DNA of 64,000 nt from Candidatus Melainabacteria bacterium 17Bon1m (GTDB taxonomy: Bacteria > Cyanobacteriota > Vampirovibrionia > Obscuribacterales > Obscuribacteraceae). The stretch covers positions 640,001 to 704,000 of the forward strand of contig JAVLKG010000001.1 in the NCBI GenBank assembly GCA_032128875.1, given 5' to 3'. The stretch's first letter is position 1. Every line of letters begins with the position of its first letter. Made by a program: the position numbers and the translations under genes. Of this stretch, positions 1 to 9,564 are shown piece by piece. Under the pieces are notes generated by a model that saw only the letters and a list, made by a program, of their open reading frames with translations, had not been told where the DNA came from and did no database searches.

Positions 1-10
1 GTTTAACTCT

Positions 11-2185
11 ATGCTCACCGGTATCACACCGAAATACAACTCTGCGGAAATAGCGTCTGTTCGCTCAACGGCGCTGAAAGATGTCGATCCGAAATTCATC
101 AGTCGCATGTCGTTTTTCGAACGCGACTGGCCGATGGCTGAGCGGATTGCAGAAAGAAATCCAGAGCTGATCAGAGCTCTCGCATCTAACTCGAAATTCA
201 ATCCAAATCTCAAGCGCAGCGCATACATTGCGGAGCTGATGTCCAGAGAGCCTCCACCAACTGTTGAACAATTGACAAAGTCGTTGTTGGAAAGCAATCG
301 AAAATCGGAAGAAAACAGGGAGTACTCACTGCTTTCTCCTGGCGATGTGAAAGCTCTCGTTGAGCATGGCGTGAAGGTTGAGCCCGGACAAGTGCCAGAA
401 GCATTGCGCTCTGTTCAGTCTGATGTTTTCCAGATGTTTGATTTGAAGGGAGAAAAGCCGATACACCACGGTCGTTTGCTCAATGCACTCACGCTTGCTA
501 ACGAGCTGGGCAAGAAGAATCCTGAGGCATTCAATCGTGATTTTAAAGAACCGATTGAGTCGGCGCTAACGAGTTCGGATTACAGATACGCACGCAGGCT
601 TGATGCGTCCAAAGCGCTGGGCGAGCTGCAGCGTGGTGGCTTTGATGGAGCGATGGCGCTGCGCATGCCGGAACTGCGCATGGGCAAGATTGTCGAGATA
701 GCTCCTGAAGCGCGAACAGCGATGCGTAATTCTGTTGAAAAGTCACTGTTTAATGTCAACGAGCTGAGACGGATGATTGGTGACGGACCTCTGGGCAAGC
801 TCATGCCTTCTGTTTTTGGTAAAGCAGAGCAAGGTGGAATTGTAGGCAGAGAACAGCATAAAACGCATGACTTCACACTAGATAATCACTTGCTTGGCGT
901 GGTTGAGCGTGTAAAGAATGATAGCCGCTTCAATGAATTGATGCCCAATGACCAGGTCAACGTTTTGTGGGCTGCACTTTTGCACGACGTTGGCAAAATG
1001 GAAAACATGATCGATTTCGATCACAACCGAACATCCGTAAGTATGGCTTGGGGGGTGCTTCGTTCGCTCGGCTATTCAGATACCCGCATTCAACGAATTA
1101 CCGACATCATGAGCAAGGATGCAGAACTCAGTTTCAATCCTGATGTCAAAAATTCTGTCACTCTTAAAGATCAAAAAGCCATGGATGATGTGGTGAACAA
1201 CTACCGCCATGCCGATGCGCTGAAAATGGTGGCAATACTAAATCGTTCTGACATCAAGTCGGTCAAGAAGAATGAAGCTTGGTTTACTGAAGATGTCGTT
1301 TCAGAGCTGGGCAAGATCAGCGAAATGACAGAACCTCGAGTGGCTGAGTTGAACAGGCATCTGTTGCCATTGATGTCGACGAAGATGCCCGAAGGTTATG
1401 GTGCGCATGTGATGTCCGATTACAGTGTGTTCGGGCATTCTTCAAGGGATTTAGCCGGTCAATTTCTCAAGCAACGTTCAACTATTGAATCGCCAGAATA
1501 CTCAACCTCGTTCTCCGTTTTCACGCCAGAAAATCATCGAGTCTACGAAGATGGCTCGAAAGTTATTGCACTCGTCACTGGTCCCTTCGAGCATGTTGCA
1601 CAAGCGTACAGGAACAACCTTTCGACTGGTACTTCTGTCGGCTGGAACGGACAGGTAGAGCTCGTCGGCAGATGGAGCACAGACAGCAAAGCAAATGCAT
1701 TTGCTGCAGAAGCTGAAGCGAAGCTGACAGAACTCGGCATTCCACCGGCGCGAAATGTGGCGGCTGAGAATTTCCCCAGGCTCAATCAACTCCGTCGTGT
1801 AGCTGGACAATTCGACACACTCACAGACCTTATTACCGCTGCCGGTGAAACAGACCCTTATGTGCTAGCGGTGAAGTCTCTTAATCGAATGATGACGACC
1901 GAGAAAGATGGCTCTGCGCTCAAAACAAACAACGAAGGCAAACTGAACAACGCCATATTGTCCGGTATTGGTTTGCTGCGCAGCGGCAATCAACCTGTTT
2001 ATTTCGAAGGACTGACGCAGGCAGAACTCGCGAAACTTTGGAACGGCAATATCCCTGATTTCGTCTCTGCTGGCCCTGCAAATCAAGCTCCAGCCAACGC
2101 TCTGCGCGTCACTGCTGACGTTGCATCTTCCGCCAAGGAGCACAACCTGCCGATTGTTGTTTTGAACGATCAGACTGTCAGGTAG
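11..2185 (+). CDS. Large HD-domain protein (GlnD/CCA-type HD phosphohydrolase domain plus uncharacterised C-terminal domain); probably 5'-truncated by the window edge
   Basis: Motifs QHKTHDFTLDNH...ALLHDVGK...FDH...SD. The frame is open from the window start (ttt aac tct ATG), so the true start may lie upstream. Confidence 0.7.
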   Translation: MLTGITPKYNSAEIASVRSTALKDVDPKFISRMSFFERDWPMAERIAERNPELIRALASNSKFNPNLKRSAYIAELMSREPPPTVEQLTKSLLESNRKSEENREYSLLSPGDVKALVEHGVKVEPGQVPEALRSVQSDVFQMFDLKGEKPIHHGRLLNALTLANELGKKNPEAFNRDFKEPIESALTSSDYRYARRLDASKALGELQRGGFDGAMALRMPELRMGKIVEIAPEARTAMRNSVEKSLFNVNELRRMIGDGPLGKLMPSVFGKAEQGGIVGREQHKTHDFTLDNHLLGVVERVKNDSRFNELMPNDQVNVLWAALLHDVGKMENMIDFDHNRTSVSMAWGVLRSLGYSDTRIQRITDIMSKDAELSFNPDVKNSVTLKDQKAMDDVVNNYRHADALKMVAILNRSDIKSVKKNEAWFTEDVVSELGKISEMTEPRVAELNRHLLPLMSTKMPEGYGAHVMSDYSVFGHSSRDLAGQFLKQRSTIESPEYSTSFSVFTPENHRVYEDGSKVIALVTGPFEHVAQAYRNNLSTGTSVGWNGQVELVGRWSTDSKANAFAAEAEAKLTELGIPPARNVAAENFPRLNQLRRVAGQFDTLTDLITAAGETDPYVLAVKSLNRMMTTEKDGSALKTNNEGKLNNAILSGIGLLRSGNQPVYFEGLTQAELAKLWNGNIPDFVSAGPANQAPANALRVTADVASSAKEHNLPIVVLNDQTVR

Positions 2186-2388
2186 ATGCTGGCTAGGCGT
2201 TTATCAGTTGCCGGTGAAGCCTCTAGTAGAAGTCCGGCGAAGCGGCAGGTAGTTTCTACGTAGAAGTCGGCATTTAGTAGCCAGACGTCCACCCATCGTC
2301 TGTTTTGCGGCTTTTGCTCTTGGAAAGCAGATCTGGAACCAATCGCATATATAAGGGATAATTGACCCCTCGCAAACAGGAGAGGGTC

Positions 2389-3591
2389 ATGCTGAAAACC
2401 ACGCCCTTGCATTCCCGTACGTCTGCGCTCATGCAAGCCAACCAATGGCGGCGCTGGGCCGGCTATTCCGTAGCTAGCTCGTATGAGATGACACACGACC
2501 GGGAATACTATGCAATTCGCAATGCCTGCGTCTTGCTCGACGTTTCACCGCTCTGCAAATACCGAATCAAAGGCGCGGACGCGCTCAAGTTTCTCAATCG
2601 CCTCGTTACTCGCGATGTGAGCAAGATTTCCGTCGGCGGGATGTTGTACACACCGTGGTGCGACTCTCGAGGAAAGATACTGGACGATGGCACGGTCGCA
2701 ATGCTGGCAGCCGACGAATACCGTCTTACTTCAGCTGAGCCGAACATGCGCTGGCTTCAAGATAACGCAGTCGGAATGCAAGTTGAGATCACTGACGTTT
2801 CCGACCAGATTGCAGCAATGTCGCTGCAAGGTCCTAAGTCTCGTGATTTGCTGATGACCCTGTGCGACGCTCCTTTGGGTGGCGTTAAGTATTACGAGTT
2901 CGTCAACACGAAGATTGATGGCATAGATGTGATGATTTCTCGCACCGGGTATACAGGCGATCTTGGTTTTGAACTTTGGGTCGATGCGACCAAGGCTGAG
3001 AAGGTTTGGGATGCGGTAGTGAAGGCGGGAAAGTCTTTCGCACTTCAACCGGCAGGCATCTGGGCTTTAGATGTTTCTCGTATTGAAGCCGGGCTGATCA
3101 TGCTGGACATCGACTACACGCCAGCGAACAAGGCAATGACTGACGCTCAAACTTCAACTCCAATCGAGCTCGGATTGAATTGGGCGATTAGCTGGAAGAA
3201 GGGCAACTTCATCGGCCGAAAGGCTTTGCTAGCCGAAAAGGAAAATGGTTCAACGATTCAATTTGTCGGACTGGAAATTGATCATAAAGAGTTCGAGCGC
3301 CAACATCATGAATTAGGACTTACTGTTCCTTATCCATTCATGGCTTGGAGAGCTGTAATTCCATTGTATGTCGATGGTTCGCAAGTTGGCTATGCCACTA
3401 GCGGAGTCTGGTCGCCTACGTTGAAAAAGTATCTCGCATTCGGGCATGTGCAGCCGAAGTATGCGCAACCCGGCTCGGTGGTGACAATTGATTTGACAGT
3501 CGATCGTTTCCGTCGTCCGTTTAACGCAAAGGTGACCAAGCTACCCTTCTTCAATCCGCCAAGGAAGAAAGATATCCTAGGAGCGAAATGA
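2389..3591 (+). CDS. GcvT-family aminomethyltransferase (folate-binding; vanillate/dimethylglycine demethylase-like)
   Basis: LKTTPLH start, DVSPLCKY, GKILDDG, SRTGYTGDLGFEL, RIEAGL and PFFNP motifs. ATG at 2389 follows AGGAGAGG. Confidence 0.9.
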   Translation: MLKTTPLHSRTSALMQANQWRRWAGYSVASSYEMTHDREYYAIRNACVLLDVSPLCKYRIKGADALKFLNRLVTRDVSKISVGGMLYTPWCDSRGKILDDGTVAMLAADEYRLTSAEPNMRWLQDNAVGMQVEITDVSDQIAAMSLQGPKSRDLLMTLCDAPLGGVKYYEFVNTKIDGIDVMISRTGYTGDLGFELWVDATKAEKVWDAVVKAGKSFALQPAGIWALDVSRIEAGLIMLDIDYTPANKAMTDAQTSTPIELGLNWAISWKKGNFIGRKALLAEKENGSTIQFVGLEIDHKEFERQHHELGLTVPYPFMAWRAVIPLYVDGSQVGYATSGVWSPTLKKYLAFGHVQPKYAQPGSVVTIDLTVDRFRRPFNAKVTKLPFFNPPRKKDILGAK

Positions 3592-5183
3592 GCAAATCAA
3601 GCAACAATCAATATGACGTAATAGTCATCGGCGGTGGGCACAACGGTCTGGTCAACGCCGCATATTTAGGCAAAGCCGGTAAGAAAGTTTTGGTATTGGA
3701 ACAGCGCCACACCGTCGGTGGTGCCACCATTACAGAGGGAGTGTATCCAGGCTTCAAGTTTTTAATCGCTTCTTATTTGATCAGTCTTTTGAGACCTGAT
3801 GTGATTCAAGAGCTGGAGCTTGTTCGCCACGGCTTGGAAATCATGCCATTGGAGAGTACTTTTGTTCCTCTAGCAAACGGCAACTATTTGGCTGATTGGC
3901 CTGACCACGAAGCAACTCGACACGAGATAGAGCGGCATTCTAAACGCGACGCCGAAGCATACGATGAGTATGCGCGCGTGATGAGAAGACTGGCCATTGC
4001 TCTGCGACCACTGTTAGATATGATCCCTCCCGATCCGACTTCGGTCACGCCGAAAGATTTGGAAACGATGGCTCGTGTGCGTGGCGTACTCAACAATATG
4101 ACACGCGATGATTTTCATTTACTGTCGCGTTTGATGACCATGAGCGCTGCTGACTTTCTTGATGAATGGTTTGAAGGCACCGCGCTGAAAGGCACCAAGT
4201 GCACCAGTGGGATTATTGGCACATTCATGGGACCTCGTTCGCCTGGAACGGGCTATGTGCTGCTGCACCACTACATTGGCGAATTGGATGGAACATTCAG
4301 AGCCTGGGGCTTTGCGCGCGGGGGGACCGGCGCATTGAGTCAGGCGATTGCGAGTGCGGCTCTAGAGGCTGGAGTTGAGATCAAAACGAATTCTCCTGTC
4401 GCACACGTCAACGTCAAAAATGGTGAAGCCTCCGGTGTGACCCTCGAGAACGGCGACGAATATTCTGCCTCCATTGTTGTATCGAATGCCGATGTGAAAA
4501 GAACCTTCTTGAAGTTGATCGACCCGAAGCATCTTCCCGATGATTTCGTGAGCGACGTAAATAGATTTCGTATCGCGAGCCCCGCGTGCAAAGTCAACCT
4601 GGCGCTCGATGGTTTGCCCGAGTTTACTTCTATGCCGAAGGGAAAAGAAGCGCTTTTGCGTGGTTCTATCGAAATTGCACCGAGTATAGATTATGTTGAA
4701 CAAGCGTATGATGATGCCAAATATGGTGGCTGGTCACGCAAGCCTTTTATGGACGCGTTGATACCATCACTGCTCGATCCGGGAATGGCGCCACCCGGAA
4801 AACACGTGATGTCGCTCTTTGTTCAATACGCCTCCTCTGACTTGGAAGGCGGCTGGAATGAGGAGAAGAAGGCTCAGTTTCTCGATGTAGTCATCGATAC
4901 GCTTGCAGAGCACGCGCCCAACTTGAAAAAGATTTTGATTCATAAGCACATCATGACTCCGTGGGATTTGGAGCGCATGATTGGTCTTACAAGTGGACAC
5001 ATCTTCCACGGAGAATTGGCGCTGCAACAGTTGTTCTTCCTGCGTCCATCACCTCAGTGGTCTAACTACAGGACACCCATCAAAAACATGTACATGTGCG
5101 GCAGCAGCACACATCCCGGCGGCTGCATCACTGGCGCTCCCGGGCGCAACGCGGCACTGGCAATTCTAGAGGATCGCCCATGA
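3588..5183 (+). CDS. Phytoene-dehydrogenase-like FAD oxidoreductase (PYROXD2/COG1233 family)
   Basis: YDVIVIGGGHNGLVNAAYL FAD motif, APPGKHVMS, and C-terminal YMCGSSTHPGGCITGAPGRNAA. ATGA overlap with the upstream gene. Confidence 0.9.
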   Translation: MSKSSNNQYDVIVIGGGHNGLVNAAYLGKAGKKVLVLEQRHTVGGATITEGVYPGFKFLIASYLISLLRPDVIQELELVRHGLEIMPLESTFVPLANGNYLADWPDHEATRHEIERHSKRDAEAYDEYARVMRRLAIALRPLLDMIPPDPTSVTPKDLETMARVRGVLNNMTRDDFHLLSRLMTMSAADFLDEWFEGTALKGTKCTSGIIGTFMGPRSPGTGYVLLHHYIGELDGTFRAWGFARGGTGALSQAIASAALEAGVEIKTNSPVAHVNVKNGEASGVTLENGDEYSASIVVSNADVKRTFLKLIDPKHLPDDFVSDVNRFRIASPACKVNLALDGLPEFTSMPKGKEALLRGSIEIAPSIDYVEQAYDDAKYGGWSRKPFMDALIPSLLDPGMAPPGKHVMSLFVQYASSDLEGGWNEEKKAQFLDVVIDTLAEHAPNLKKILIHKHIMTPWDLERMIGLTSGHIFHGELALQQLFFLRPSPQWSNYRTPIKNMYMCGSSTHPGGCITGAPGRNAALAILEDRP

Positions 5184-6727
5184 GCACTTACAACACGATC
5201 ATTTTGGGTTCTTCCCCCAACGCTTTAACTGCAGCGTGCTACTTGGCTCGCAGCGGTAAAAAGGTTTTGGTGCTCGAACCGACGGAACACATCGGAGGAG
5301 CTGTTTCAACAGCTCAGTTTGCTGATGGCTTCAAAGCCGACATCGGTTTGATGACCGGTCGCCTCGATGCAGAGATCGTCAAAGATTTGAAGTTGAGCGA
5401 GCACGGATTGGAAGTTATCGAACGCAGTAGTCTCACGAGCCTATTGCCTGGCGGCAAGAGTTTCACACTCTCCTGCGACCTCAATGCAGCCGAAAAAGTA
5501 ATTGCAGGAATTTCTCCTGCTGACGCGAAGAAGTACAAGCCTTTTATGAATCTCGTAAGTTTGGCCAGTGACTTCTTGAAAAGTGCCTACAACGTGACAC
5601 CGCCCGCCAACCATCCTCCTTCTAAAGATGATGTTGAGGGGCTTTCTAAATTGAGCGCTCAGCTCAAAGGCTATGGTCGTCGCGAGATGACCGAAGTAAT
5701 GCGTCTATTGGTGATGTCTGTGCGCGACCTCACTGATGAATGGTTTGCTAGTCCAGAACTCAAAGGACTGCTCGCGACAGCTGCGGTAAGAGGCATCAAC
5801 CAGGGTCCTTTCGCCGGTAACACGGCATACACTCTTCTGCATCATCTTGCTCAAGGTGATGGCTTTTTCCGTGCCACTGCTAAAGGTGGCATTGGAGCAC
5901 TCTGCCAGGCGCTGGCCGCAGCTGCGAAATCGTATGGTGTAGAAATTCGTACGAAGTGCGGATCGCTCACCATCAACGTCGAAGATGGTGTCGCTACGGG
6001 GGTTGCCGCTGGTACCGAGTCGATTGAAGCTTCGCTAGTAATTTCAGATTACGATGCTCGACATACATTTACTCATTTGGTTGCACCGCCTGAACTTGAG
6101 CCTGAATTCAATCGCGCGGTGAAAAACCTTAAGTATCGTGGCGCGGTAGCACGTTTGAACTTTGCTCTAAAGGACCTGCCAAAATTCGCAGGGATTACAG
6201 ATGAGGCGATGAAAGGAATGCTTGTTTTGGCGCCTAGTGTCGAATACCTTGAAAAAGCGTATGACGCCGCCAAACGCGGAGACGTGTCCGCGCGACCATA
6301 TTTGGAAGTTTCTATTCCAAGCTTGAGCGACGCGACTCTTGCACCCTCCGGCAAGCATGTGATGTCGGTTTGGATGCAATATGCACCATGTCATAGCACT
6401 GCAAATCCTGACCACCTGCGTGATCTGGTACTCAAACAATTGAGTGAGTTTTGCCCCAATCTAAAATCGCTGGTAGAACACTCACAGGTGCTCTTACCAA
6501 ACGAGTACGAGTCACAGTATTACTTGACCGAAGGCAATCTTTACGGTGCAGAGATAAATCTCGCCCAGGCATTCTACTTGAGACCCCTTCCCGGTTTTGC
6601 CCAGTACAGCACGCCGATCTCACAGCTCTACCTGTGCGGATCGGCAACACATCCTGCCGGAATTAGCGGGCTGTCCGGACGAAACGCTGCACGGGAATTA
6701 GGCGTTAGAGATATGGTCCCGGCATAA
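5180..6727 (+). CDS. Second COG1233 paralogue with degenerate FAD-binding motif
   Basis: IILGSSPNALTAACYL, APSGKHVMS, LYLCGSATHPAGISGLSGRNAA. ATG at 5180 overlaps the previous TGA. Confidence 0.88.
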   Translation: MSTYNTIILGSSPNALTAACYLARSGKKVLVLEPTEHIGGAVSTAQFADGFKADIGLMTGRLDAEIVKDLKLSEHGLEVIERSSLTSLLPGGKSFTLSCDLNAAEKVIAGISPADAKKYKPFMNLVSLASDFLKSAYNVTPPANHPPSKDDVEGLSKLSAQLKGYGRREMTEVMRLLVMSVRDLTDEWFASPELKGLLATAAVRGINQGPFAGNTAYTLLHHLAQGDGFFRATAKGGIGALCQALAAAAKSYGVEIRTKCGSLTINVEDGVATGVAAGTESIEASLVISDYDARHTFTHLVAPPELEPEFNRAVKNLKYRGAVARLNFALKDLPKFAGITDEAMKGMLVLAPSVEYLEKAYDAAKRGDVSARPYLEVSIPSLSDATLAPSGKHVMSVWMQYAPCHSTANPDHLRDLVLKQLSEFCPNLKSLVEHSQVLLPNEYESQYYLTEGNLYGAEINLAQAFYLRPLPGFAQYSTPISQLYLCGSATHPAGISGLSGRNAARELGVRDMVPA

Positions 6728-6781
6728 ACCAACAGCCGAAACCGATCTCTCTCTCCAATGGTCAAGCCGTCTGACACAGAA

Positions 6782-7033
6782 CTACTTCGTGACGCTGGTC
6801 TGTGTTTGAACCTTGACGGAGCTATTTGCTCCGACATTGCTCTGCGCTGACGATCTGACAGTAGAAGTGGAGATATGTCTTCTCGGCGCTCTTTTCTTGA
6901 TGCGCAGCACGGGCCTATTTTTTGTAATAGTAGTTGTGCTGCTTGTTGTCGTGGCTGTTTGTGCTTCTCCGGGCAAAATGCAAAGCATCGGAACGAACGC
7001 TGCCAGAAATGCGGCCATAAATTTCTTTGTCAT
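6782..7033 (-). CDS. Small secreted Thr/Ser/Arg-rich hypothetical protein
   Basis: Signal-peptide-like MTKKFMAAFLAAFVPMLCILPGEAQ; GGAG upstream. Confidence 0.6.
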   Translation of the reverse strand: MTKKFMAAFLAAFVPMLCILPGEAQTATTTSSTTTITKNRPVLRIKKRAPRRHISTSTVRSSAQSNVGANSSVKVQTQTSVTK

Positions 7034-7237
7034 TTCAAACTCCAATCAGTGCAGTCAGTAGAGGTCCCCGTTGCAAGACTGGTGAATAATTTCAATGTTC
7101 CTTCTTCCTAATCTTCTTGAGCGTGAAGTTAAGTGATCCGTAGATTAGACTTCGCCTTGCGATGCTTGGGCTGGTGATAGACTCTTTGCGTTGTGAAGAA
7201 GGCGCCCCGGTGCAGTACTGTTGTAAAGGAAAAAGTC

Positions 7238-8032
7238 ATGACAATTAGATCTCACGTAATCGACTATGTAATCCTCGGCGACGATATGCAGGCTGTAGAG
7301 ATCGAGCTTGATCCAGGAGAAACAGTGATTGCCGAAGCCGGCGCCATGAATTACATGGAAGAAGGCATTTCATTCGAAGCAAAGATGGGCGACGGAACGG
7401 ACGCCGATCAGGGCGTTATGGGCAAATTGTTCGGCGCCGGAAAACGTCTTTTGGCTGGCGAGTCATTGATGATTACTCACTTCACCAACCAGGGCCGCGG
7501 CAAACAAAAGGTTGCCTTCGCCGCACCTTACCCGGGCAGAATTATTCCGATGAATCTCGGGGAAATGGGCGGTGAGGTTCTTGTTCAACGGGATGGTTTC
7601 TTGTGTGCTGCATTCGGTACTAAACTGAACGTTGCTTTTACTCAAAAGCTTGGTGCTGGTTTTTTCGGTGGGGAAGGATTTGTTCTTCAAAGCTTGAAGG
7701 GTGACGGTCTGGCATTTGTGCATGCCTGCGGCGCCATTATCAAACGTGAACTGCGCGGTGAAACGCTGCGTGTTGATACCGGATGTATTGTTGCATTCAC
7801 TCCTGGTATTTCTTACGATATTCAGCGTGCTGGAAATCTGAAGTCAATGATCTTCGGTGGTGAAGGACTATTCCTCGCTACGCTTAGAGGAACAGGAACA
7901 GTCTGGATGCAGAGCCTGCCATTCTCCCGTCTTGCTAACCGCATTCTCGAACATGCTCCACAAAGTGGTGGAAACACAGTCGAGCAAGGCGGCGGGTTGA
8001 TGGGCCTTGGCAGAATGTTCGAATCAGAGTGA
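7238..8032 (+). CDS. TIGR00266/AIM24 family protein
   Basis: [64 protein letters not shown]. Confidence 0.92.
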   Translation: MTIRSHVIDYVILGDDMQAVEIELDPGETVIAEAGAMNYMEEGISFEAKMGDGTDADQGVMGKLFGAGKRLLAGESLMITHFTNQGRGKQKVAFAAPYPGRIIPMNLGEMGGEVLVQRDGFLCAAFGTKLNVAFTQKLGAGFFGGEGFVLQSLKGDGLAFVHACGAIIKRELRGETLRVDTGCIVAFTPGISYDIQRAGNLKSMIFGGEGLFLATLRGTGTVWMQSLPFSRLANRILEHAPQSGGNTVEQGGGLMGLGRMFESE

Positions 8033-8035
8033 ACT

Positions 8036-8710
8036 CTACGAAGCTTTTCTTGCACCGAAATCTGATTTGTTGAGCACGGTTCCTTTGAATCTGCGCACCA
8101 CATAAACAGGTGTACCTGTGCGCACCATGCCGTACAAGTGTGAAATGTCACTGTTGGAATGGCGGATGCACCCATGGCTAACACTTTTTCGAATCAAGTT
8201 AGGTTGATTGGTTCCATGTAAAAGCAATTCGTATTTGTTTAGATAAATCGCCGCCACACCCAATGGGTTATTTCGGTCTTTATTGTAGGGGGCGTACTTG
8301 CGCTTCTTGCCCTTGATTGTTTTCGGCACTATCCATTCAGGATATTGCTTCTTGCCTGTTACGACATAACGACCGGATGGAGTGGGTTTATCTTGCGACC
8401 CGATCGCGTTGGAGATTGTTAGCACTCTTACCACTCCACGATCTTGCAATTGCAGTGCGTATGTGAAATGACTGCCTTTGTCTACAATTACGACTGTGGG
8501 CTTGTCTGAATGATATCCGTTCATCTTCATCGCAGAACCGAGCACATAGTGATTATTGACGAAGACCCCATCAGACTTCGGATTTTTCGCACCATTTGCA
8601 GATTTTTTCGGCGGGGATTCTTTATGTGGTGCTGCTGTGACTGAACTCGCGAATGCGAATTGGCACATGAAAATTACCAGTAAATAAGCCATGTACCTCT
8701 GTAATCGCAT
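8036..8710 (-). CDS. L,D-transpeptidase (YkuD family), secreted
   Basis: Signal peptide; PTPSG, NPLG, and LLHGTN...SHGCIRH catalytic motif. Confidence 0.88.
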   Translation of the reverse strand: MRLQRYMAYLLVIFMCQFAFASSVTAAPHKESPPKKSANGAKNPKSDGVFVNNHYVLGSAMKMNGYHSDKPTVVIVDKGSHFTYALQLQDRGVVRVLTISNAIGSQDKPTPSGRYVVTGKKQYPEWIVPKTIKGKKRKYAPYNKDRNNPLGVAAIYLNKYELLLHGTNQPNLIRKSVSHGCIRHSNSDISHLYGMVRTGTPVYVVRRFKGTVLNKSDFGARKAS

Positions 8711-8728
8711 TGAGAATTTCCCCCTTTC

Positions 8729-9442
8729 TTATTGTTTTGCTTTGTTCGATTTGTAGACTTCATAGGGATCGAGTGCACGCGCTTGCCACCATTTTTTATC
8801 CGGCGTCAAAACAGAAATCGAAAGATGCAAATGTGGTGTATTGGGCGGTGCATTGCCGGACGTACCGACAAATCCTATTATTTGGCCGCGTTTTACCTTG
8901 TCGCCCTCTTTTAGATTTTGCTCGTACTTTTCCAAATGCGCGTAGTAGTAAACATATTTGCTGCTTGGATCTATTTGGTAAATTGTGTTGCCGCCAAATC
9001 GACTTAGAAAAAGCTTTGCAATCGTGCCGTCTTCTAATGCACGTATAGGGGTATTTCGAGGAGCAATAATGTCGGTGGCTTCATGCGCACTGTCGCCTCT
9101 CTTTTCGTAGAAAGAACCTTTGAGATTGTCCGCAGAAATGCCATCTATTGGCAGCAGAAGATGCCTTGCGCTAAGTTCTGCGATCGCTGCTCGTATTTGC
9201 GCATCTGATACCAGTGCGGCGGCGTCTATTATCTTGTTCTCTTTCTCTTGCTTTTTTTCGAAGCCTGGTTTACTTTCTGGCTTTTCGCTGTGAGTGAATC
9301 CTTGTCCCTTGATCGGACTTGACTGTGCGATGAGTTGTGCAAAGAGAGCCTGTAGAAGAACAATAAAGATCGCGATAGTAAGCGCCTTGGAAATACTGAT
9401 TTTTCTCGTTCGCAACATCCAGCTCGTCTTCCTAGATTTCAA
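8729..9442 (-). CDS. M23 family metallopeptidase
   Basis: HEATD (HxxxD), YYYAHL, GFVGTSGNA, PHLHL; N-terminal hydrophobic segment. Start uncertain. Confidence 0.88.
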   Translation of the reverse strand: MKSRKTSWMLRTRKISISKALTIAIFIVLLQALFAQLIAQSSPIKGQGFTHSEKPESKPGFEKKQEKENKIIDAAALVSDAQIRAAIAELSARHLLLPIDGISADNLKGSFYEKRGDSAHEATDIIAPRNTPIRALEDGTIAKLFLSRFGGNTIYQIDPSSKYVYYYAHLEKYEQNLKEGDKVKRGQIIGFVGTSGNAPPNTPHLHLSISVLTPDKKWWQARALDPYEVYKSNKAKQ

Positions 9443-9564
9443 AAGATTGGAATATATTTTTTTAAAACAAAGATTTGAAAACGACGCACGTGAAATAGGA
9501 ACCCTTCCAACGCTCGCTGGAAGACGAAGACCGGGGCGACCCCTTGTTAGTTCCCAAGATTGCG

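Noticed and set aside
2290-2390. Glycine riboswitch upstream of the gcvT-like gene
   Set aside because: GGAGA here is the RBS; no CCGAAG or CTCAGG aptamer elements.
3588-6727. Carotenoid desaturase crtI/crtO call
   Set aside because: No carotenoid synthesis genes nearby; coupling to a GcvT-like gene points to another role, so no symbol was assigned.
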